A DNA stretch of 63,110 nt, filler included, from Craspedostauros australis (taxonomy: Eukaryota): assembly GCA_030167865.1 (NCBI GenBank). It is 9 parts of 9 records of this genome, joined end to end, with 100 filler letters (N's around TTAATTAATTAA, not from the genome) between each part and the next. Parts side by side here need not be neighbours in the genome. Positions count along the whole stretch, not along the records: positions 29,798 to 54,674 come from JALAGF010005602.1; positions 54,775 to 59,984 come from JALAGF010005603.1; 7 more parts are not named here. The stretch is one strand, 5' to 3'. Positions 45,350-56,910 of this stretch are shown here, one piece after another. Within the stretch, counting starts at the first letter, position 1. Every line of letters begins with the position of its first letter. A program made the position numbers and the translations under genes. The notes under the pieces were generated by a model that was not told the DNA's origin, did no database searches, and saw nothing but the letters and a program-made list of their open reading frames with translations.

Positions 45350-48300
45350 TCTTTTCCCAGAGTATACCACGCTCAGCACCAACATTACAATACGTTGGCA
45401 GCACATGCCAAGTTGAATACTTCCACGGGTGCATGGAAAAGTTGGTGGATGGATGGGCCAGCCCATGTGATAATGCTGGAATAGACTGTATTCCATGTCG
45501 AAGGCAAGGATGGCAACAGTCGAGAAAAACTGTCACACTCAGCGCACCCTCCCACAGATCACCAGATGCAAAACGTTGAACGGATCATCCGATGTGACCA
45601 CAGCAGCCAAAAAAGCTGTCGCGGCTAGTAGCAGTCCGCCCTTGACTTGGCTTCCCCTGCAAAACCAGATACGAAACACTCTTTGGCTGATCTGCACCAA
45701 CACTGGATGTCCGATTCTCAGCAGAATGGTTTGACAGTAGAGCCCATTCTCGTGTTGTTTGTGTCTGCTCGATCCCTCAAAATGACAAATTCAACGTCTG
45801 TCCCACCACCAGGATCAGAAGCACCAAAACGTGCTCTGACGCCAGATCATGCAAACGGAACCATGGAATTGGAAAAAANNNNNNNNNNNNNNNNNNNNNN
45901 NNNNNNNNNNNNNNNNNNNNNATTTGCACAATGATGGCTGCCACAACAGGAAAGGTCAAAATCAACCGACAACCACTGAAACACAACAAAGGAAACAACA
46001 CTGCCGCCACCAGTCTCTTTCCGCGTCGTGCCATCAGCTCAGCAAGGGGAGACATGCAGATTGCGCAGGACTTTGTGTTACACACTAAGCTTAACATTAA
46101 ATAGTATTGTACAATATTTTGCATACCACAGGAAAAGCCACAGTGCTCCATTACATTATATAATACTGTGTTGTGTGGTATACGCAAGTGTTCCTGTTGC
46201 CGTGAACGTGGACGTGCAGGAACGCTGCCACCAACGCTGCGCTGCTTGACACAACACACACACGAGGAAGCACGCAACAGAACCAAATCACCAACAACGC
46301 GAGGAAACAACGCGACACCGAATCTGTCGCAACGTCAGCATCCACACCGTTGGATGTCATCACCGTCTGATATCGACCGTCAAAAACGTCATCATTTTCG
46401 TCCACGGTGAAGACAAGTCGGCCAGGTATTTGTGTCGTAGAAGCTAGCTAAATATATCTAACCCTAATGGACAACACGAAAAATCATGTTCTAAAAATAT
46501 CACGTGTTACGATGTCAAATCCGCAAAAACGTACGATTCTATCCTGAATGGGGCCGTACACAGACAACAAGGAAGGAAGGAAACACGTTCCAAGCACAAC
46601 AGAGTTCTCTTTTGTGGGTCTTCGGAAACCCGAATCTTCGACCGATACGACTATGAGTCAAGCCATCGAAGAAGATCCTTGTCTGTTTGGGCATCGATCG
46701 AAGCACAACGAATGCGAGAGATCATTGATCGTGACGCAAAGGTGGTTCGAAATGATCGTTGAGTATTGCCATTGGTCTGAACGGTCCTTGTGCTGTGAGT
46801 CTGCCTCCAACAACTCGACTCCAGCCACGATCAACACCACATCAATTCGAAACAAACAACGTGGAAGTCTTCGGAGACAGAGAGACAGAGAGAGAAGGAG
46901 CTGTCGCCACCACCACCAGTATGTGCATCATGTGCACCATGACCTTTGCTTGCTTGCGTCATCGTGGCATCTGCGTGACTGTGGACCCTCATCCGCCTGC
47001 CATCGCAAGCACCAACTTGAGGTGTGAACCAATGCCTCGAACAAAGATGAAGCCACCGATGTGACTGCCTCTGTTGGTTGCAACCCATCTCATTTGGATT
47101 TGGCTGGTTGCCATGCCACCACATTGCAACAATCACCATCCACGCAGGCAACAAGAGTCCTCAACATCCAACCAACACCACATTGCGTATTGGGATGAGT
47201 TGACACGTTCAGCAATCAACAGGCGGAGTGATACCGTGCCGCCTCCACTGTTCCTGCCGCACGGACCACCAACATACAATACCATGCGCATTCTATCAAT
47301 AGGCATGAGTGCCGCCGTCTTGGCTCATGACTTCCAGAGCATCGATGCTCAACCGAGGCGATCGACAGGAACCCCCACCTCACGAACGAAGTTGGGAGCA
47401 CCACAAAGGAAGACATGTGGGTGTACGGTGCGCGCATGGGCCATGGATCGCTGACCACGTACTTCTTGTGCTGTATGGAACTCTGTGTCAACCATGATCC
47501 GCAATTCGGCACTCGCACTCTGCATGGGGTTGCTCGTTGGTTCGTTGGTTCGTTGGTTTCTTCTGTTGCTCGTCAAGCTCTCTGGATGTTTGGACTGCAC
47601 TGGCTCGTCGGTTCTTGTCTTTCCGCCACACTAGCACTGGTCGCTTCGAAGATTGGAATGGATGGTGACCCCTGCATTTGTTGCTTCAACGGCAAGTGAT
47701 CACTCCTCCTCGGACTTGGTGAGGGTCTCGACTGCAGTTCTGGCACAATGACAGGAGTGCAACTCATGAAGAGATGAGGACAATAGCGCGATACGAGACG
47801 GTCGATGGAACTGCGCAGCAACCATTCTCCTCGCGGCTTCCCATCATTTCCCTCTGCTTTGTTCGCCATGTGCTCTTCGTAGATCGTCTCTTCCAGAAAC
47901 TTGGATCGGCTGGCATCGACACTGTCGCTTTGAATCGGCTTGGCAGTGCGTGACTTGGAGTGGAGTGCTCTGTGTGTGAATCCGGTGGCACAGGGACGAC
48001 CTCCCAGTGACGACCGCACGGCTTGTGAACATGCTGCTGCCATGCGTCCTTTGTCTGAGCAACGAACCAACAACGATGCTGATGGCGGAGTATGGATGGA
48101 ACCACGGATGTCCAATCTGGTAATGAATGACATCGGCAACATCCCTGTGTGCGTATGTACTATACCGCAGAGAGCGGACCATACAAGTTGCAGACAAGGA
48201 GGAGGCAGCGTGGGAGCAGTATCCAGCCCTTCAATCTCGTGAAACATCCGATGACTTCATCACAGCATTCTATTGCACAAGCAGATATAGTGCATGCGGT

Positions 48301-48881
48301 ACTGTTCCAATCCTACATATCATAGAACATCACAGAGTATTCGTAGGTGTATTACATTACAGGGATGTGGATCTACCACACCTCTATGAGTATTATACGA
48401 GTACGGAGCGGCCCCTCCATCTCATTCCATCCCATCGTGTCGTGATGCATCACTGGTGTTAGTTGGGTGCCATTCATCGAGCGATCACGGTACTGAGACG
48501 CGCACTTGCTCCTGACCACATTCTTTGGTGTGAGTTGCAGTGGCTTTGTGCCAGACAGCTTCTCATGGTAGACAACATCGCGAGTCGACGATCTGCTTCG
48601 TCCACAACGATTTGATTGAAGGGCCCGTGTGATGACGAACGTTCCTTGCCATGTCGTTGTTTGCAATGCCGTCCATCTTCATCTCGCTCATTGCTGTGCC
48701 GTTCGACGCTGTCATGTCGATATCCTCTTGATCTGCTTCGTGGTCGCGCCGATGATGATCGTTCATGGGAGGACTTCCTTCGCTGATCTTCGCCACGTGG
48801 TGTCGATTGGCTACGGTCACGTTGATTTGGTGTTCGCGAACTTCCTCGGTCATGCTTTCGGGAAGATGAGCCCTTGTACCG

Positions 48882-50570
48882 TTACAAACCAGCACCAGTG
48901 GAGTGCGCATTTGAGTTGGATTGGCGTGAACGCGAGGCTGCGTTCATATCATCCGAACTGCCAGATGTCCGTTGGCGTCGTGATGATGGCGATGAGTCCA
49001 TCGATACTTGCGCAGTTCTTCTGCGGCCGCGGTCGGACGGGCTTCGACGACTCTGCGCCGATGGCGAGCAGCGGCTTCTTCCAGAAGAGGAAGTGTGAAT
49101 TGCTCCGTCACGACGATGACGGAATGATGTCGAATGCTCCACATTCTTTGATCTTGACGATATCGAGTGCGGCTTGCCACTGGTGTGCTGTGCGCTTCTC
49201 CGCCGATGCCGTGGCGATGATGAACTCGATGGTGATGACACACCTCATGTTTTGCTGGAGTGGTGACGTCGGGGCCCATTGCCAAGCACCTTGGAGATCT
49301 TTTCCTTGATCGCATCACGCAGAGCACCCGTGCTTCGTCCGCGTGAACGTCGTTGCTTTGAGTCTTCACTTGGGCGAAACGAACTGCATGCAGATCTGTT
49401 GCGAGAAGGAGCCACCCGGTCTTTCTGCTCGATTGTAATTCGATTCCCAAACTCAAGGCTCCAGGGCTGGATGAGGCTTGGGGTTGTGGCCGAGACACCT
49501 CCGTGTTCGCGTTCGAACTGTTGAAGATTGAGTTTGGATTTGGACTGTGATGATGATGACGGTGGCGATGATGATGGCGATGATGGCGCCTTTGCGGATG
49601 CTTCAGTCAAGGCAAGATCGGCCAATTGCGATGGTCGGGATTCGAGAGATGGTCGTTGCTTCGATTTGGCGGGATTGGTTGACGACACTTCGCGTAATGA
49701 CGATCGTTTGGTCTTGAGGATACTTTCCAACGTCGACCTGCGCTTGTTCAACGACGAAGACTGTTGTCTCTGTTCATGTGTGCGACTGAAGGGGAAGGGG
49801 GCTGGTGTAGATGCCGCGCTCCAACCCCCAGGCGCGACAGGGGCCGCAGAGCTTCTCCCACCATTCGTTGCAGCAGCACTTGTCGCAACGTCGACGCTGT
49901 CGTGGAGACTTGGCAGATTGGACATTGACTCCAGGCTCTCACTGCGTGACGTCTCCGTTGTCGCAACTCGAGATAGAGCCAGCGTGCTGGCTGTACTCAT
50001 CGCGCCTGGTATGTCTGATGTGCCTGGACTGTTGTGTCCGTCCTTCGAGAATTCCAAACTCATGCTCCTCGATTCGGCGCTGCTGGTCGTTCCGTTGGAA
50101 TTCGTTCTTGGCCTTGGCCTGTATTTCCGACTCTGGGCAAGCTTCGTCTTGTCTTGGCTTCTCCGTTCGTGGGTTGCGCCGAGTGCTGGGGCTGTGGCGA
50201 AGCTGAGTCCACCTGGGGTGTTTGGCGCCGGTATCGATTTGTTGGTGTTGAACTTGCTGGAATCAAGGGAGCTGAATGACATCTCGTGATCTTGCATGTC
50301 GAGCATGTCCAGACTCTTCGCACGTGATGGTTTCACAGCCAAAGCTTTTGCATCTTTGGCTGTACTTCTATTGGCCCTGCTTGGTGTATCTGTGCTGACA
50401 CTCGCACGACGACCTGATTTTGCAGCTGCTTTGGCCTCTTTGGCGACGCTTGTGGGCTTGCTCGCCTTCAATTTCGTGTCAGTCTGTTGTGGTTGCTTGG
50501 TCTCCGTTTGCTTCTCCGCTATCAGTCTGACACCGTCCTCTTCCAGAAACTTCGATCGTCATGACCTCAT
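48882..50570 (-). pseudogene. Low-complexity S/R/K-rich gene with in-frame TGA stops
   Basis: One frame runs from ATG 50570 through ORFs 49245-50471 and 48882-49241, with TGA at 50559-50561 and 49245-49247. It may extend further 3'. Confidence 0.5.
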
Positions 50571-52355
50571 GACTGCACAAAGGTTTGAACAGAGTACCTA
50601 TCAGGCTGGACGCTTTGCTGTGGCAACTCCCAGAGTAGATCGTGCTCATGGAAGGTTCCATAGTAATACTCATAGTCGTATGACGGGTGGGTCAAGATGC
50701 GGAGCAACTGGCGAGCCTTCCCACAGTTCCTCTTGGATGTCGATGCCTCATCATCTTGTCTGATTGTTTGTCTGTTTGTGTTGTTGGTGGTGGTGGTGTT
50801 GGTGGTGGTACCAATGTGAAGGGATGCGGTGTCATTGGAGTGGTTGCCATCGTCATCGTCATCGCCATCGTCGAACAGAGTTGCGTTGCATGAAGACAAC
50901 GCATTGGTGATGTTGGTTGTGAGTGCGTGTGTGTCATCAGTTGAATGAACAACGGACGTTAGACAGACGAGTACCCAACAAACGCGCCAAAAATTCTTGA
51001 CACCACCCGAAACAACGAATCTTCGATTTTGCACAAGATCCATCAAACGACTTCAACACAAAGAGAGAGAGAGAGATGAAATGGCATGACTATGTTTGCA
51101 TTGATGGAGGCATCAGCCAACACTGACGCATTGAACCTCAAGCAATGAAGAAATGAAGCAATGAAGTAATCAAGCAAGTGGCGGCTGCGCAAATATGGCA
51201 CGCCAACCAGAATCAACGAAGGCGGCCATTGCAAGGGACGATGATGACGCTGATGCCGATGATGAATGCCAAGCGGTGACGAACAGCGATATCAAACGTG
51301 TCGCATCGCTCAGCGACATCAGAAAGGAAGATATCACACCAACTGCTCTAGAGTAGAGGAGAGCTTGGGACATGAGCAATCGCAGAGCCAACAACAGAAC
51401 CAACAGCCATGGCGAGACTTGTCATGGCCCATGGTGCGGTCTGGATTCAAGTCATCAGCAGCAGCATCCACGCACATAAACATCCGATGCGCTGTCGGAA
51501 ACGGAGTCAGCACATGTTGGATAGGTGCATCCGTGAGATCAAACGCAGCGACTTCTTCCGGGACCTGCAGAGCCTGTTGTTCAGAGATGTTCCTCAGTTT
51601 CCACTGCACGCACCACAACCAGCCACGCCTGCTCATACCGATGCTCGAAGCGATGCGTCGCTAACACAAACCGCAATCAATGAGACAGAGGCACTGTCTT
51701 TTCAGATCGACAAATGAAAGAAATTGTGCGCAATTACGTCGGCAACTTCTCCCATTGCTCGTCATCTTTGTCGGCCACATCGAAAACCATGCAGCTGCTG
51801 GCATACATGCGTGCCTTGCGCGACATCATGCACAAACTGCAGCAGCAGCAGCACCACTAACAACAACAAACTGACAGCCGTAGTACATCCCGCTCCGTCA
51901 AGTTGGGTTCCAGTCCAACAATCCATGCATGATACCCGCGAGGTCCACCATAGCTTCCCACACAACTCCTTCCACACCAACGAAACCAACGAACGCGGAA
52001 ACCATATGATCGGCAATGACGATCACGGCGATGACAGCGGTGGCTGGACCATCTTCTTCATGTCGCATTGGCCACTGATGCTGCACACCAACGTGCCTTA
52101 CACCAACCGGGATCATCTGCAATTCATGCACAGAAGACCATGCGTATCTCGCGGATTAGCCAGACCGTGCTGCGAACGATACAGGAGTGGATAGAGCAGC
52201 ATGCTGTGCACATCACCAAAGGCGACGGTGAAGGCATGGCAGACGCACCATTCAATGATTGGATCTCAAGTTGCTCCAGTTCCTTTCACATAGTTACTAT
52301 CCTAATGAGTATTCTGACGACTATTTTTATCCGTCGACTCAATTCTGTCATGCGT

Positions 52356-53249
52356 TCACTTGTGGAAGATTTCTGGTACGGTATGGCATGATCTGACACT
52401 TCGCTCCTCTTCCTCGGCAGTGCCGTCCACCACAATCACTTCGGATCCATTCGCTCTCATAGAGCTGGTTCTCATTGAGCGGACGAAGTCCACCAATGTT
52501 TCCCGATCCATGTATGAATCCACTTGTGTTGTACCCTCATCCTCATCGACAACCTTGTACAGCTCCACCATGGACATGTGGCTGTACTCACCATCAACTC
52601 CATCACTCTCCGCTCCCCCATTGCAGAGGACATGAATGCCTCCCATCAGTTGAGGTTGTAGAATTAGTTTGCTTAAATCTAGATGAGTGGACGTATCCTT
52701 CTCACTTTCAGCTGCCATTCTCATCGCCATATCCTTCAACACCACGCAGTTGTGCTGATCAGCGAATATCAACGCATCTATCATGCTGTCTTCTGTGAAA
52801 TGCTTGTGCGCTAGCTCTGATTCAAGAACAAGCTTGAGTCGTCAGAAGCCGCACTCGTTGGCCACAAGGATCAGCTGTTGCAGATCATCCTGTCCAGTGA
52901 GGATGGGAGTTGGCTGGTGAGAGGCATCTGTATCGTGGTGAGCGTTGGCGTGAGCACCGATGTGAGTGGCGGCGTTGTCACGAGCGCTGTCATTCAAGGA
53001 TATCTTGCCTGTGTAGATGCATTGGAGGACGTATCGGACGTGCCTTGGTTGGAGGTGGGGAAGAGGGATGGTTGTTTGGATTGAGCCGCGCCGTCCTTGG
53101 TGCCATCATTCGCGTGCTGATGCTGGATTTCTTTGTCGATCAGTCTCAATGGATGGGGCAGCGATCATGAGGACTCCAGAGTTTGCCTTGATTGGTTGTT
53201 GTTGGTCGCCCTGTCCACACGAGGGGATGGTGTCTGCGCTGTTCCCAGT
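52356..53249 (-). pseudogene. Degenerate BTB-BACK region, paralogue of 34842-35648
   Basis: Clear nucleotide similarity to copy 1; W>TGA at 52842-52844 and small indels. Confidence 0.75.
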
Positions 53250-54344
53250 TTAGGAGGATTTGAGTCGGTCTTCTCCAATGCTGATGTTGGTCCTCTTGTT
53301 GCTGCTGTGTTTGTGTTCATTCTCTTGGCTCTTTCGCTTCAACTGCTGTCTCAACTGTTCTTGTGGTTGTTCATTTGCTTGTTCGTTTTGTTGCAAGCGT
53401 TGTTGCAGTTGTGGGTGAACTGAAGGCGAAAGTCCTCTAATGAGGGACTCGATACACTCCAGCTGGCCGTTGCGGCATGCCACATGAAGGGGAGTGGAAC
53501 CATTGTTGTTTTGGCAGTTGATGTTTGCTCCACCTGATTCGGTGAGGTACTTCACACACTCCAGGTGGTTGTATATGCATGCCAGATGAAGGGGAGTCCA
53601 ACCATCGTCGTCTTCGCAGTTGATGTTCGCCCCACATGATTCAATGAGGTACTTCACACACTCCAGCTTGCCGTTGCGGCATGCCTCATGAAGGGGAGTG
53701 CGACCATCGTCGTCTTCGCAGTTGATGTCCGCCTCACATGATTCGATGAGGTGCTTGACACACTCCAGCTGGCTGTTGGAGCATGCCAGATGAAGGGGAG
53801 TGGAACCTTGGTTGGTTTTGCAGTTGATGTCCGCCCCACATGATTCGATGAGGTACTTCACACACCCCAGGTGGCCACACAAGCATACCAAATGAAGGGG
53901 AGTGTAACCATGGTTGTTTCGGCAGCTGATGTCCGCCTCACATGATTCGATGAGGTACTCCACGCACTCCAGGTGGCCTTTGTGGCATGCATGATGAAGG
54001 GGAGTGTAACCATCGCTGTCTTTACAGTTGACGTTCGCTCCACATGATTCGATGAGGTACTTCGCACACTCCAGCCTGTCGATTTCGCATGCCCAATGAA
54101 GGGGAGTGTCACCATCGTTGTCTTTGCAGTTGATGTCCGCCTCACATGATTCGATGAGGTACTTGACACACTCCAGGTGGCCGTTGTAGCATGCCCAATG
54201 AAGGGGAGCGTAACCAATGTCGTCTTTGCAGTTGACACCATCTCCTTCATTCTGCGTCTTGTTCTGCTTCTTCCACTCCTTCAACACTGACAAGTCACCT
54301 TCCCCTGCAGCATCAATGAGTTGTTCGTTCGTAACACTTGGCAT
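53250..54344 (-). CDS. Ankyrin-repeat protein, copy 2 (8 repeats)
   Basis: Same 34-aa framework as copy 1; shared upstream sequence including (TTGGACG)n and (GAGTAT)n. Confidence 0.9.
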   Translation of the reverse strand: MPSVTNEQLIDAAGEGDLSVLKEWKKQNKTQNEGDGVNCKDDIGYAPLHWACYNGHLECVKYLIESCEADINCKDNDGDTPLHWACEIDRLECAKYLIESCGANVNCKDSDGYTPLHHACHKGHLECVEYLIESCEADISCRNNHGYTPLHLVCLCGHLGCVKYLIESCGADINCKTNQGSTPLHLACSNSQLECVKHLIESCEADINCEDDDGRTPLHEACRNGKLECVKYLIESCGANINCEDDDGWTPLHLACIYNHLECVKYLTESGGANINCQNNNGSTPLHVACRNGQLECIESLIRGLSPSVHPQLQQRLQQNEQANEQPQEQLRQQLKRKSQENEHKHSSNKRTNISIGEDRLKSS

Positions 54345-56910
54345 TTTGAGAGTATGGTGGATGGTCGATGGTCGCTGGACGATAGACGTTGGACGTTGGA
54401 CGTTGGACGTTGGACGATTGGCGTTGGATTGGCTGTCGAGGATGTCTGTGGTCGGAGCTGCCTATGGAAGAGATATCGATGTTTGTGTATGCAACAGCTT
54501 GTATTAGTATGAGTATGAGTATGAGTATGAGTATGAGTACCATACGCTGTGTGATGAATATGAGTGGCAATTCGATGTCTGTTGTTCACGCGGTTGAGTA
54601 TGGGGTTGGGTGATGTGTGTGCTGTTGTCTTGTTCGCATGGTCTCCTCCTTCTGTTTGCCTGTGTTTGTCTCCTNNNNNNNNNNNNNNNNNNNNNNNNNN
54701 NNNNNNNNNNNNNNNNNNTTAATTAATTAANNNNNNNNNNNNNNNNNNNNNNNNNNNNNNNNNNNNNNNNNNNNCACATGGGAGCATGCGTTTGTTCCGA
54801 ACACAATTTTCAATGTGTTTCGAAAACTGGTTGGTCACGATGCAGCAACAAACACGATTGTTGATGTGCTTCAAAAGTGCGCGACAGACCTGCGTTGGTG
54901 CCCAAGTTGCTGCCCGCACACCGCTTTGTGCACCTGATTGCTTGCGTCATTGCGCATGCGCAGTAAATGCACGACGTGTGTACCTGTGCAAGTGCGGGGG
55001 AAGTGGATGCGCACGGAAAGCACACGTGCAGTGTGTGGCGCAGAAATCCCCAACACGTCTCCTGATGTGTGCATCGCGGTGTATTTCCCCAACTCCATGC
55101 ATCTTCGCTTCATCCACGCAATTCCCAACGATGGCCATTCATCGGTGCATCCGCACAATTCCCACGACATCACTGCGACACTATTTGGTCATGACTATGA
55201 CATAAGTTGTATTCTGTATCTAGACAATACTGAATAGACTAACATCATTGATCACTCAAAAGAATCATAAAACGAAGAAAAGAATGATCTTATTCAATTT
55301 CATCGCTATCTAATGGCCAAGAACACTAGTAATTTATTTGATCCTCTGTTGTTTATTGCTTAACAGCATTGAAAGTTAAAGTGGAAGTGACACTGTGATG
55401 GCAAGAGGCGGGATCGGATTCATGTCGTATCGGACTTATACAAGACATGTAAAAGACATATTTTTGCATCAAAATGCGAGACGACCCGGATGTGCAGAGA
55501 ATGTGCAAATTGAAGGGAAGGTGTTGGCAAATGTGGGGATGCGCGGAAAATGTGCAGATCGCAGGAAAGATGTTGACACATGCGCGGATGTGCGGAGAAT
55601 GTGCATGATGTGCAGTGCATGCGCGAGGAATGATGTGTGGGGGATGTTGTTGTAACGAACATGCACTGGCACCATTCGCATGCAAATAGCCTGCACTGCG
55701 CAGCGCGTTCGATGACAACCACACATGCGGAGAGGCGCATGACGTCGAACACGTGCATGCGAATGCGTGAAGTGTTGTTGACAACTGAGTTGTACAGAGC
55801 AAGAGTCGATTCACGTTGTGCAGAGACGCATCACTCTTTTCGCAGGACGCGTCGACATCTTCATCGAATGTGCACATCCTGCGCCTGTTCTGCAAAACGG
55901 TCATGAAGTGCCGGTTCGCATCTCTTTTTCCTCCCCCATGACACAATCACTGATTGGTAATTGTGCAACGGCGTTTCGATTGAGGTGCTTTTCTCCACCG
56001 AAACAGAGAATACGATCAGCTCAATCGCGCACCATTGCCACATCCACGCCTTGAAGAAGGAGGATCCGTCTTCGATGCACATGTCCGCGCTTCCCATGCA
56101 GTTATCACAGATGCAGTCACAAAAATACAGAAGTGCAACACACTCCTCTTTTGCGATGCCGTGCTGGTGATGATTTAACTTCTGTGATTGCCGCCTGCAG
56201 CGACTCCCCATTGTCCAAGCCCGACACCGCTGTGTTTCTCGCGAAAAGAGGGAGAATTGTTCAGGCGCATGTTCGATCGGAGGGGAAGAACGAGATCACA
56301 ATGATGTTGATGTGGTTGGACTTGTTGTGTTTGGCCGAAGTCTTCCCCAATTCCTCATGCGCGTGTCAGCTCCAATGCAGCCGTCGCCACCACCCACGTC
56401 ATACCATCAGAATGCGTTGAAGGACGACTAACGTAGAAACTCCTCATGTCTGGCCATTGGCGCCTTTGTCGCTGATCGCCAGTATCGTAAGTGTACGAGT
56501 ATCGCGCCAGCACACACTGCCACACAGAGCAAAACAGGGGAGAGCCAAAGCTGACAGTGGCATGAGCCTATTGCGTGTGGAGTTCTGTACGCGACGCGTT
56601 GGCACCCTGTGCTCTGCAGCGATACGTGAACAATCACGTCCTCGCAACCANNNNNNNNNNNNNNNNNNNNNNNNNNNNNNNNNNNNNNNNNNNNNNNNNN
56701 GCGTGTCAGCTCCAATGCAGCCGTCGCCACCACCCACGTCATACCATCAGAATGCGTTGAAGGACGACTAACGTAGAAACTCCTCATGTCTGGCCATTGG
56801 CGCCTTTGTCGCTGATCGCCAGTATCGTAAGTGTACGAGTATCGCGCCAGCACACACTGCCACACAGAGCAAAACAGGGGAGAGCCAAAGCTGACAGTGG
56901 CATGAGCCTA

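Larger units (their letters stand above)
39630..46556. mobile_element. TA-flanked TIR element 2, inverted relative to element 1
   Basis: 40-bp TIRs CGRCCCCATTCAGGATAGAAWCGTACGTTTTTGCGGATTT with 2 mismatches; TA at 39628-39629 and 46557-46558; subterminal regions homologous to element 1. Confidence 0.88.

Noticed and set aside
54775..56360. TGCA-rich region with many Cys/His-rich ORFs
   Set aside because: Probably decayed sequence; no recognisable domain.
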